Assembly (NCBI GenBank): GCA_904394215.1
Contig: CAJFNF010000006.1
Location: forward strand, 289 to 64,288
Direction: 5' to 3'
Length of the DNA stretch: 64,000 nucleotides
DNA from: an uncultured Faecalibacterium sp.
Lineage (GTDB): Bacteria > Bacillota > Clostridia > Oscillospirales > Ruminococcaceae
The position numbers and the translations under genes are program-made. Under the pieces are notes generated by a model that saw only the letters and a program-made list of their open reading frames with translations, did not search any database and had not been told where the DNA came from. Shown in pieces: positions 55,535 through 63,860 of this stretch (the first letter of the stretch is position 1; each line of letters opens with the position of its first letter).

Positions 55535-56170
55535 TTACAGGGAAGAATAGCCGAAGCTATTCACCAGGGCGTCGATGGGCTGGCCCGCCTTGCACATGGG
55601 GCAGTCCCGGGATTCATAGCTGGTGTAGTCGGGCAGGTTGTTGGGGTCAAAAATCGAGTTGACCTGCATCCCCATGAATTCATGGGTGGTGGCGAAGATG
55701 GCCGCCAGGCCTGCCACCTGGCCGCCGTAGTATTCCACCGCCTCGATGGCGGCCTGGACCGTGAAGCCGGTGGTGATGGATGCGGCCAGGATCAGTACGT
55801 GCTTGCCCCGCACCATGGGGGCGATGTTGTCCCGCAGGATGATCTGGCTGCCGCTGGTATATTCGGGGGTGATGACGTAGACGGTCTGATGGGCGTTCAT
55901 GTTCCGGAAGCCGTCTTTGGTCAGCTCGTTGGCCAGGCAGGTGCCGATGACCTGGGTGCCGTCCAGGCAGAGGACGGTGTCCACAATGGTGGTGGTCTTG
56001 TACATGTGGACCAGCTCCCGGGCGGCCTCGGCGGCCTCGGACAGGCGGGTCTTCTGCATGGTCACGTCAATGTAGTAGTTGATGTGACTGTGACTGGTAG
56101 CGAAATGCCCCCGGGCAACGCGCAGAAACATCCGCTTGTTCTTGGTAGGCAGCTTTACCAGGTTGATCAT
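55535..56170 (-). CDS. type I phosphoribosyltransferase-fold protein with altered PRPP loop
   Basis: 211 aa. The PRPP-loop region reads HVLILAASITTGFTV. A C-terminal CPMC is present. RBS AAGGAGGGG is present. Confidence 0.75.
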   Translation of the reverse strand: MINLVKLPTKNKRMFLRVARGHFATSHSHINYYIDVTMQKTRLSEAAEAARELVHMYKTTTIVDTVLCLDGTQVIGTCLANELTKDGFRNMNAHQTVYVITPEYTSGSQIILRDNIAPMVRGKHVLILAASITTGFTVQAAIEAVEYYGGQVAGLAAIFATTHEFMGMQVNSIFDPNNLPDYTSYESRDCPMCKAGQPIDALVNSFGYSSL

Positions 56171-56338
56171 TGGTCCGACCCCTCCTTGTCTGTTGGATGG
56201 TGCAGGGCGGTATCGGGACGCCCTGCGGTATGGAATGTCACAACCTTATTGTAACGGGAAATGGATTTGCACACAATATATAAAATTAACAAACTTTAAC
56301 AAAAAATTCAGTGCAAGATAGCCCAGAAAGGGCAAGCC

Positions 56339-56367
56339 TTGACAGCGCCGGGCAAACGTGCTATAGT
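56339..56367 (+). promoter_or_regulatory. sigma-A promoter of the trpS leader
   Basis: TTGACA (56339-56344), a 17-nt spacer, then TATAGT (56362-56367). Confidence 0.7.
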
Positions 56368-56373
56368 TTGGGG

Positions 56374-56670
56374 TACAAACCGATGAAGCGGAAGATGCGG
56401 CGAATGCATTCCCGGCAGAGAGCCTGCGGCAGCTGAAAAGCAGGCGGGTCGATGCGCGCCGCTATGGGCCGCCGAGGGCGCGGGGGAAGGGCCGCTTGCA
56501 CAGCCTGGGTATCCCGCGACGGCAGGGCGCACGTCAGCGCCGGGGATGTGTTGGCATCCCGTCAGAGGGTGCAGCCCACAGGCTGCAAAGCAAGGTGGCA
56601 CCGCGGATCGTATCTGTTGATTCGTCCTTGACAAAGACCGGCAGGACCGGCTTTTGCCAAGGACTTTTTT
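56374..56670 (+). promoter_or_regulatory. T-box leader (Trp-type, regulates trpS)
   Basis: T-box consensus AGCAAGGTGGCACCGCGG (~56589-56606), then terminator GTCCTTGACAAAGACCGGC...GCCGGCTTTTGCCAAGGAC followed by TTTTTT. A candidate UGG specifier lies in CUAUGGGCC. Confidence 0.85.
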
Positions 56671-56732
56671 ATTGTCCCGCAGGCCTGACGGAACCCATGA
56701 ATCCAGGAAGTTGATTTGCAGGAGGCTTATTT

Positions 56733-57743
56733 ATGAGTGAGCAGAGTGAACGCAAACGCGTGATTTTGTCTGGCATCCAGCCCACCGGTACCTTTACCCT
56801 GGGCAACTATATCGGCGCGGTCCGCAACTGGGCCAAGCTGCAGGACGAGTTTGACTGCCTGTATATGGTGGCCGACCTCCATGCCCTGACGGTCCGTCAG
56901 GACCCGGCGGCCCTCCGCCGCCACAGCCGGGAGGCTGCCGCCATGATTCTGGCTTCGGGCGTGGACCCCAAGCGCAGCATCCTGTTTGTCCAGAGCCATG
57001 TGCCGGCTCACACCCAGCTGAACTGGATTTTCTGCTGCAACGCCCAGTTCGGTGAGCTGAGCCGGATGACCCAGTTCAAGGACAAGAGCGCCAAGCACCC
57101 CGACAACGTCAACGGCGGCCTGTTTACCTACCCGGCCCTGATGGCAGCGGATATCCTGCTGTACAACGCCGAGCTGGTGCCGGTGGGCCAGGACCAGACC
57201 CAGCACCTGGAGCTGGCCCGGAACATTGCCCAGCGGTTCAACAACAACTACAGCCCCACTTTCGTGATGACCGAGGGCTACGTCACCAAGGAAGGCGCCA
57301 AGATCATGTCACTGGCCGACCCCACCCGCAAGATGAGCAAGAGCGACACCAACGTCAACGCCTTCATCCTGCTGACCGATGACCGGGACACCATCACCCG
57401 CAAGTTCAAGCGGGCCGTCACCGACTCGGAGGGCGAGGTGCGGTACGATCCCGCCACCAAGCCCGGCGTCTCCAACCTGATGGCCATCTACCACATCTTC
57501 ACCGGCAAGACCATGGAGGAGATCCAGCATGAGTTTGAAGGCCAGGGCTACGGCGCCTTCAAGGAGGCTGTGGGCACGGCGGTGGCCGACGGCCTGGAGC
57601 CCATCCAGAATGAGTACAACCGGATTCTGGCCGACAAGGAGTATGTGGACACCGTCCTGAAGGAGGGCGCCGAGGCTGCTTCCCGGATCGCCAACAAGAT
57701 GATCCAGAAGGTGTACCGCAAGGTGGGCCTGCTCCAGCTGTAA
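56733..57743 (+). CDS. trpS: tryptophanyl-tRNA synthetase
   Basis: VILSGIQPTGTFTLGNYIG (HIGH-like) and KMSKS (RKMSKSD). Confidence 0.95.
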   Translation: MSEQSERKRVILSGIQPTGTFTLGNYIGAVRNWAKLQDEFDCLYMVADLHALTVRQDPAALRRHSREAAAMILASGVDPKRSILFVQSHVPAHTQLNWIFCCNAQFGELSRMTQFKDKSAKHPDNVNGGLFTYPALMAADILLYNAELVPVGQDQTQHLELARNIAQRFNNNYSPTFVMTEGYVTKEGAKIMSLADPTRKMSKSDTNVNAFILLTDDRDTITRKFKRAVTDSEGEVRYDPATKPGVSNLMAIYHIFTGKTMEEIQHEFEGQGYGAFKEAVGTAVADGLEPIQNEYNRILADKEYVDTVLKEGAEAASRIANKMIQKVYRKVGLLQL

Positions 57744-57772
57744 GCAAAATCTGACAGAAAAAGAGGGTTTTC

Positions 57773-57816
57773 GGCCCGTGTCTGCGCCTGAATGTGACGC
57801 AGCACGGGCCTTTTTG
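57773..57816 (+). terminator. rho-independent terminator of trpS
   Basis: Hairpin GGCCCGTGTCTGCG...CGCAGCACGGGCC followed by TTTTT. Confidence 0.75.
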
Positions 57817-57939
57817 CGTCTATTTTCCAAAAATTGGAAATATCGGCGGCGAAAAACGCTTGGTTTCGCATGTTTTTTGCGGCGGAACCGGAAAAGGAAA
57901 TCATCTGCTGGTTTTTTCTGTCGAACAAAGACGGAATTC

Positions 57940-57968
57940 TTGACGAATGCTGTTCCTTCCTGTATACT
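57940..57968 (+). promoter_or_regulatory. putative sigma-A promoter
   Basis: TTGACG (57940-57945), a 17-nt spacer, then TATACT (57963-57968). Confidence 0.6.
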
Positions 57969-58065
57969 GGAAAAAACAGGAAAGAAACGCTGCTTGCACC
58001 GTCTTGATGCCCGGGGCTTTCCTGAAGGAATAGAACGCGATGAATCGCGTAAAAAGGAGAACGAC

Positions 58066-58365
58066 ATGAAGAAAAACAAGAGCACCGGGATTATCCGTGG
58101 GATTGATAATCTGGGCCGGGTGGTTTTGCCCAAGGAGCTGCGGACTGTCATGGGGCTGACCGGCGACAGCAAGGTGGAGATCTTTGCGGAAAACGGTGCC
58201 ATCGTCATGCGCAAGTATGTCCCGCCCAGAGCCTGCACCTTCTGCGGCACGGTGGATGACAATGCAGTGGTGTTTGAAGGGTGCTGCATCTGCCCGGCCT
58301 GCTGCGCCAGGATTGCATCCCTGCGGGCAGGGACGGCCCCGGCAGAAGGGGGCGAGGATCTGTGA
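58066..58365 (+). CDS. AbrB/SpoVT-family DNA-binding protein with Cys-rich C-terminal tail
   Basis: STGIIRGIDNLGRVVLPKELRTVMGL..GDSKVEIF is a swapped-hairpin AbrB domain. The tail reads CTFCG...CCICPACC. RBS AAGGAGA is present. Confidence 0.85.
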   Translation: MKKNKSTGIIRGIDNLGRVVLPKELRTVMGLTGDSKVEIFAENGAIVMRKYVPPRACTFCGTVDDNAVVFEGCCICPACCARIASLRAGTAPAEGGEDL

Positions 58366-59303
58366 GCGGTGTGGAGTATCTGCGGATTCCGTCGGTGAAG
58401 CCGGGGGCCAGCCTGAATGTGCTGCTGAGCCTGCCGGAAGGGCGGCCCCGGGCTGTTCTGCAGATGACCCACGGCATGGCGGAATTCATCGGCCGGTATG
58501 AACCCCTGGCCCGCTGGCTGGCACAGCAGGGGATTGCAGCGGTGGGGCACGACCACCTGGGCCACGGCGGGTCGGCGGCTTCCCCCGAGGACTACGGCTA
58601 TTTTGGCCTGCCCGACGGCAACCGGCTGCTGCTGGACGATCTCTACGGGGTGACCTGCTGGGCCAAAGAACGGCCCGAGCTGGCGGGTCTGCCCTGGTTT
58701 TTGCTGGGACACAGCATGGGCTCCTTTTATGCGCGGCAATACCTCTGCGAGCACGGCGACGCGCTGGCCGGCGCCATCCTGATGGGCACCGGCTGGCAGC
58801 CCAAAGCTGCAGTGGAGGCGGGCCGGGCCCTGTGCCATCTGATGGCGGTGTTCAAGGGCTGGCGGTACCGCAGCGCCCTGGTGGACAGCATGGCTTTCGG
58901 CAGCTACAACCGGAGCTTCGAGCCGGGGCGCACCCCGATGGACTGGCTCAACCGGGACCCGGCGGCGGTGGACCGGTACCAGGCCGATCCCCGGTGCGGC
59001 TTCCGCTTCACCCTCAACGGCTACGACAGCATGTTCCATGGCCTGGCCCGGCTGTGCGACAAGCAACTGCTGGCCCGGGTGCCCCAAAACCTGCCGGTGC
59101 TGTTCCTGTCGGGAGGGGATGACCCGGTGGGAGACAAGGGCCGCGGGGTCTGCAAGGCAGCCCAGAGCCTCCGGGAGGCCGGTGTCCGGCAGGTCCGAAT
59201 CAAGCTCTACCCCGGCGCCCGGCATGAGCTGCTGGAAGAGCTGAATCATCAGGAAGTGTTTGGCGACATCGCCGACTTCATCACCAAGACCATCCAGGCA
59301 TAA
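58362..59303 (+). CDS. alpha/beta hydrolase (lysophospholipase/monoacylglycerol-lipase-like)
   Basis: GTG start in a GTGA overlap with the abrB-like stop. HGMAEFIGRYE...DHLGHGGS and nucleophile elbow GHSMGS are present. Confidence 0.8.
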   Translation: MSGVEYLRIPSVKPGASLNVLLSLPEGRPRAVLQMTHGMAEFIGRYEPLARWLAQQGIAAVGHDHLGHGGSAASPEDYGYFGLPDGNRLLLDDLYGVTCWAKERPELAGLPWFLLGHSMGSFYARQYLCEHGDALAGAILMGTGWQPKAAVEAGRALCHLMAVFKGWRYRSALVDSMAFGSYNRSFEPGRTPMDWLNRDPAAVDRYQADPRCGFRFTLNGYDSMFHGLARLCDKQLLARVPQNLPVLFLSGGDDPVGDKGRGVCKAAQSLREAGVRQVRIKLYPGARHELLEELNHQEVFGDIADFITKTIQA

Positions 59304-59306
59304 ACA

Positions 59307-59340
59307 AAGCCCGTGCAGCCGCAAACTGCACGGGCTTTGC
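59307..59340. terminator. bidirectional rho-independent terminator
   Basis: AAAGCCCGTGCAG-CCGCAAA-CTGCACGGGCTTT between convergent genes. Confidence 0.75.
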
Positions 59341-59351
59341 TGTGATGCAGG

Positions 59352-60056
59352 TTACTTGTTCTGGTCAGGCGGGGTGAGGCCGCGGATCCGGGTCTCGCTG
59401 GTCTTTACCAGGTTCAGCAGGCTGGAAGCGTAGAGGGGGAACTCCCGGGTCAGGCTCTCGGTGGTCATGGCCAGGGGCTCGGTGTCCTCCAGGCCCTCGC
59501 CGTTCTTGATGTCCCCGCCGGACAGCAGGATGCTGACGTTGGCCTCTGCCATCCGCATGACGGCGTCGGAATAGCCGTCCCACTGGCCGCCGCTGATGCT
59601 GAACATGCTGGCGGAATTGTGGGGGCCGCTGGTGTACAGCAGCCGGAACATCTTGTACACCGCCATCATCAGGTAAGAGCTGACCTCGGTGACCAGGGCT
59701 TTGTTGTGGCACTGGCCCACCTTGGCGTAGAGCACGTTCAGGCTGTTGGAAATCAGCTTTTTGTTCATGGTGGGCAGGACGCTGCCATGGTAGATGCTGT
59801 CCTTCATTTTGTCGGGGTTGGGAATGTCGTCGGCGGTCAGGACTGCGCCGGTCCGGTCTGCACTGCGGCCTAGCAGATAGTCACAGGACACGCCGTAATA
59901 GTCGGCCACCCGGACCACGAAGTCCAGGCCGCACTCGCGGATGCCTTTTTCATAATGGGACAGAAGGGCCTGGGAAATATGCAGGTCCTCGGCGGCCTGC
60001 TTTTGGGTGATGCCCCGCTCGGTGCGCAGCAGCTTGATGATACGGTTGAATTCCAT
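59352..60056 (-). CDS. XRE-family HTH regulator with uncharacterised ~160-aa C-terminal domain
   Basis: MEFNRIIKLLRTERGITQKQAAEDLHISQALLSHYEKG. RBS GGGAGGA lies before the ATG at 60056. Confidence 0.8.
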   Translation of the reverse strand: MEFNRIIKLLRTERGITQKQAAEDLHISQALLSHYEKGIRECGLDFVVRVADYYGVSCDYLLGRSADRTGAVLTADDIPNPDKMKDSIYHGSVLPTMNKKLISNSLNVLYAKVGQCHNKALVTEVSSYLMMAVYKMFRLLYTSGPHNSASMFSISGGQWDGYSDAVMRMAEANVSILLSGGDIKNGEGLEDTEPLAMTTESLTREFPLYASSLLNLVKTSETRIRGLTPPDQNK

Positions 60057-60342
60057 GCGTGATCCTCCCGGGCCGCGCCGGCCCCCCTTGGCCGGCAAAA
60101 TAAGCCCTTTTTACCTTTATTTCAACAACATGTTGATTATACACAAGGGAAAACGACTTGTAAAGGAAAAAATTGCCGATGTTTTGGCCGGTTTTTCGTC
60201 GTTTTTGTCAAAAGTCTTGCCCTGCCACCAGATATATGATACACTTAATCATATACCCCGCCTATCTTGTGTCCGCAATGGTGCGCGGATGCAATGTTTT
60301 TTGCATGTGCGGGGCTTCTGGTACGAAAGAGGTGCGTTTTGC

Positions 60343-61017
60343 ATGAAGACCTTTAAGCTGCATCTGATCCGCCACGGCCTGACCGCCGGCAATCTGGACG
60401 GCCGGTACATCGGCGGAGGGACCGACCTGCCCCTGTGCGATGAGGGCAGGGCCCAGCTGGCCGAGCTGCAGGCGCGGTTTACCTATCCCCAGGTGGACAC
60501 CGTTTTTTCTTCCCCCCTGCTGCGGGCGGTGGAGACCGCCAATATCCTTTTCCCGGGGGCGGCCCACCAGTTCACGGTCCATGACCTGCGGGAGGCACAT
60601 TTCGGCGTTTTTGAAAACCGGCCCGTCAAGGAGCTGGTGAAGGACCCTGACTTTTCCCGCTGGATCACCCCGGGCTCTGGCTTTACCCCCGAGGGGGCCG
60701 AGCCCACGGCGGACTTCCACCGGCGGTGCGGCGAGTCTCTGCTCAAGCTGTTTGAGTACATGATCCGGATGGATGTCACCGAGGCTGCCTGCGTGACCCA
60801 CGGCGGCGTCATTGTCAGCATGCTGTCCCAGCACGCCCTGCCCAGCCGCCGGCCGGAGCAGTGGATGGCTGACCCGGGCTGCGGCTACACCCTCCAGACC
60901 GATGTCCAGCTGTGGATGCGGGACCGGATGGTGGAGGCCATCGACATTGTCCCCTTCGGCTATGCCGACACCCTGCGGGGCCAGGCCGAAGCCGAGGAAA
61001 ACGAATCCTACCGCTGA
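60343..61017 (+). CDS. histidine phosphatase family protein (phosphoglycerate-mutase-like)
   Basis: RHG motif (HLIRHGLTAGN) and a later CVTHGGVI. RBS AAGAGGTG is present. Confidence 0.85.
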   Translation: MKTFKLHLIRHGLTAGNLDGRYIGGGTDLPLCDEGRAQLAELQARFTYPQVDTVFSSPLLRAVETANILFPGAAHQFTVHDLREAHFGVFENRPVKELVKDPDFSRWITPGSGFTPEGAEPTADFHRRCGESLLKLFEYMIRMDVTEAACVTHGGVIVSMLSQHALPSRRPEQWMADPGCGYTLQTDVQLWMRDRMVEAIDIVPFGYADTLRGQAEAEENESYR

Positions 61018-61023
61018 AACAAC

Positions 61024-61061
61024 AAAACCGCCTTCTGCTCTGGCAGAAGGCGGTTTTGTTT
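61024..61061. terminator. bidirectional rho-independent terminator
   Basis: AAAACCGCCTTCTGC-TCTG-GCAGAAGGCGGTTTT followed by GTTT. Confidence 0.8.
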
Positions 61062-61065
61062 GGAA

Positions 61066-62163
61066 TCAGCTGGCGTTCATTTCAGAGCCGTGGCTGTCCC
61101 GGAGGATCACTTCCTGGCCGGCCACGCTGCCCATCAGGGCGATGTAGCTGGTGCCGGGCTGGATGTTCAGGGCAGTGCCGTCGGAATTGTAGATGGCCAG
61201 GGTGGAGTCTGTGCCGGGCATCCAGAGGATGCTCCACACCGACCCGCCGCTGAGGTAGACCCCGGCCCCCATGGTCAGGTCGTAGCCCCAGGAGTAGCCG
61301 TCATCCCGGAGGGAAGGGGCACTGTAGAGGATCAGGACGTTGTCAAAGGCGGCCTGGGTGCCGGTGTTGGCGTCGTTTTGGGGCGAGCCGTCAGACCGGG
61401 ACATCAGGTACTGGCTGGTGTCTGAATTGTAGGTGAAGCCGGTGGAGCTGGAGGCCGAGAAAACCAGCTCGGCTGAAGAGACCCCGGTCTTGCCGTTGGC
61501 GGTTTCCCCGAAGGGCAGGAGGGGCGGCAGGTTGACCGGATCTTCCTGGCGGCTGTCGGCGCCGCTGCTCTCTGCCAGAGAATCAGAGGAGGCCCGGGCA
61601 GCCAGAGAGACGCCGGCGCTGTCCACCAGAGGCAGGAGGTCGGCGCCGCTGGTGGTCCAGCAGATCTGGTCGGGCTGGCCCCACACTCCTTCATAGGTGA
61701 ACCCTTTGAGGCCCACTGCAAGGGCGTCCAAAGGGGAGGTATCGTAGAGATCCTGGAAGTTGGCGGCATAGATGCTGCCCCCCCGCTGGATGGGGATGAC
61801 CTGCTGGCAGCTCAGCAGCTGGAGGTAGAGGTCCCGGGCCTGGGCCACAGGGCCGGTCTGGGGAACCGCTTCCAGAGCGGGGTACACCAGGCAGAGACTG
61901 GTGGAAGTATCCCCCTCGGTGAGTGCCTCAAACACCACCGAAGCCTCCCCGATGCCCCATTGGCGGGCGGCATCCGGGCTGTTGTCGATGAATACAGCGG
62001 CGGGGCGCTGGCCGGGCCAGCGGGCGGCCTCGCCGGTGAGAGGGTCCAGAGCAGCGGCGTCAGGGTCTGCGGCCGTGCCGACCGGCTGGCCAAAGAGGGT
62101 GCAGCCGGTCAAAGTCAGGGCCGCGAAGCAGAGGGCCGCCAGCGCCGGAACAAGTTTCTTCAT
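61066..62163 (-). CDS. DUF3048-like lipoprotein
   Basis: MKKLVPALAALCFAALTLTGC (lipobox). PAAVFIDNSPDARQ-type core (RPAAVFIDNSPDAARQWGIGEASVVFE). Paralogous to the next gene. Confidence 0.75.
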   Translation of the reverse strand: MKKLVPALAALCFAALTLTGCTLFGQPVGTAADPDAAALDPLTGEAARWPGQRPAAVFIDNSPDAARQWGIGEASVVFEALTEGDTSTSLCLVYPALEAVPQTGPVAQARDLYLQLLSCQQVIPIQRGGSIYAANFQDLYDTSPLDALAVGLKGFTYEGVWGQPDQICWTTSGADLLPLVDSAGVSLAARASSDSLAESSGADSRQEDPVNLPPLLPFGETANGKTGVSSAELVFSASSSTGFTYNSDTSQYLMSRSDGSPQNDANTGTQAAFDNVLILYSAPSLRDDGYSWGYDLTMGAGVYLSGGSVWSILWMPGTDSTLAIYNSDGTALNIQPGTSYIALMGSVAGQEVILRDSHGSEMNAS

Positions 62164-62182
62164 GGTGAAAGTCCTTCCCAAA

Positions 62183-63373
62183 TCAGGCATTGAAGGCGAA
62201 ATATCCTTCTTCGTCCTCATCCACGATGGCCAGGTAAGTGCGGCCGCGGTTGAAGGTGACCGGCTGGCCGTTGTCGGTGACTTCCAGGGGCAGGTCAGGG
62301 GCCCGCTTGGACCACTGGCACACCCGCACCCGGCCCCGGGTGAACAGGTAGGCCGGGCCGCCGGCGATGTACTGGACTTCCTGGACGTCCCCCGAGTCGC
62401 CGGCATAGGCAGCGATGGGGGCGAAGCAGACCAGCAGGTTTTCAAAGGCCAGCTGCTGGCCGTTCAGTTCGTCCACCGCATCCTCAAAGGCGCCGGTCCG
62501 GGCGCTGTACATCTGCATCCGGTAGGCCTTGTCGGCGGCACTGTAGCTGAAGGCGGACTGGTACTTGGCGGAATGGCGGACGGTGACCGACCGGGCAGCC
62601 TGGCAGCCGTCCAGCATCTCAATCTCGCCGGTGCGGTAGTCGGTGAAGGGGAAGAAGGTGGTGTCGTAATCGTAGGTCAGGCCGATGCCGGCGTTTTCGG
62701 CAGCCTGGCGGATTTCGGGGCCGGAGGTAAACTCGGTGTGCTCATAGGCCACCACACCGCCCCGGGGGTCCCGGTGGGCCACATGGAGATGGGTGGGGGT
62801 GTTGAAGTAGCTCTTGCCGCCGATGTTCAGCCCGGAATAGTTCCACTGGTTGATGTACTGGGTGCAGAAAATGCTCTCGCCGTCGTGGTAGTAAAGGGCC
62901 TTCCAGGGCATCACCAGCTGCAGGAACTGGTCCCGGCCCGAGCGCAGGGGGCCTACCTCAGGGATGGCGTCCACATTGCTGTAGAGGGCGCACAGGCGGC
63001 TGATGTTGCCTTCCACCCGGGACTCGATGACGATGGAGGCCGACGACAGGCCCCGCTGGGGCCGGGCGTTCTGGCGGGCGCTGTTGCAGATATTGTTGAC
63101 CATGACGGCAATGATCCGCCCGTTGCCCGATTTAGCCTGGCCGGTGAGGGGGTCGGCGTCATAGGCGGGCAGAGCCGGCGCACTGCTGGCAGCCTGAGAG
63201 GAGGCTGCCGGAGACGAGGAAGCTGCAGGAGAGGAGGAAGAGGCCCCTCCTTTCCCCAACACACCCTGGAGCCAGTCCAGGAAGCTGCCGTTGGTGGCGG
63301 CTGCCCCGGTCAGGGCCAGGCTGCCGGCGAGGGCTGCGGAACACTGCAGCAGCAGACGGCGGGTCATCTTCAT
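62183..63373 (-). CDS. DUF3048-like secreted protein with Tat-like signal
   Basis: MKMTRRLLLQCSAALAGSLALTGAAA, an S/A/P-rich linker, then RIIAVMVNNICNSARQNARPQRGLSSASIVIE. RBS AAGGAGAG is present. Confidence 0.75.
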   Translation of the reverse strand: MKMTRRLLLQCSAALAGSLALTGAAATNGSFLDWLQGVLGKGGASSSSPAASSSPAASSQAASSAPALPAYDADPLTGQAKSGNGRIIAVMVNNICNSARQNARPQRGLSSASIVIESRVEGNISRLCALYSNVDAIPEVGPLRSGRDQFLQLVMPWKALYYHDGESIFCTQYINQWNYSGLNIGGKSYFNTPTHLHVAHRDPRGGVVAYEHTEFTSGPEIRQAAENAGIGLTYDYDTTFFPFTDYRTGEIEMLDGCQAARSVTVRHSAKYQSAFSYSAADKAYRMQMYSARTGAFEDAVDELNGQQLAFENLLVCFAPIAAYAGDSGDVQEVQYIAGGPAYLFTRGRVRVCQWSKRAPDLPLEVTDNGQPVTFNRGRTYLAIVDEDEEGYFAFNA

Positions 63374-63553
63374 AAGTCATCTCTCCTTTTACCGTGGGAT
63401 CCGAAACGGGGCGGGCCCCGGTGTCCTGGCGGGCAAAAACGGTGCCTCCAAGCACCCTGTATAATTCCCATTGTAACTATTTTGTAGCTCTTTGTAAAGA
63501 GGGACTTCTTGCCGCTTTGAGGGCCCGGCAAACGGACTTTTTTGCGGCAGCCC

Positions 63554-63582
63554 TTGCAATTTGGGGCCGGGTGTGGTAAAAT
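63554..63582 (+). promoter_or_regulatory. putative promoter of tRNA-Lys
   Basis: TTGCAA (63554-63559), a 17-nt spacer, then TAAAAT (63577-63582). Confidence 0.55.
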
Positions 63583-63622
63583 AATCGGGCAGTATCCAAC
63601 TGCGCCGTTTTTATAGCGATAT

Positions 63623-63698
63623 GCGCTCGTAGCTCAGTCGGTAGAGCATCTGACTTTTAATCAGAGGGCCCGGGATTCGAGTTCCCGCGAGCGCACCA
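63623..63698 (+). tRNA. tRNA-Lys (anticodon UUU), CCA encoded
   Basis: Manual cloverleaf: acceptor GCGCTCG/CGAGCGC, D arm GCTC-AGTCGGTA-GAGC, anticodon arm TCTGA-CTTTTAA-TCAGA, T arm CGGGA-TTCGAGT-TCCCG, discriminator A plus CCA. A terminator-like hairpin plus T-runs follows. Confidence 0.93.
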
Positions 63699-63860
63699 AA
63701 GATCAAGCGTTGAATCGTAAGATTCGGCGCTTTTTCTTTTTATGTACCCGCCCAAAGGCGGGGTCTGCACGGTCGGTGCACGGTTTTTGCACGGTTGGGC
63801 CTTTCACAGGAGGATTTTGCATCCTGCGGAATTCCTTTGCAGTTTGTGCAGGAATTTGCA

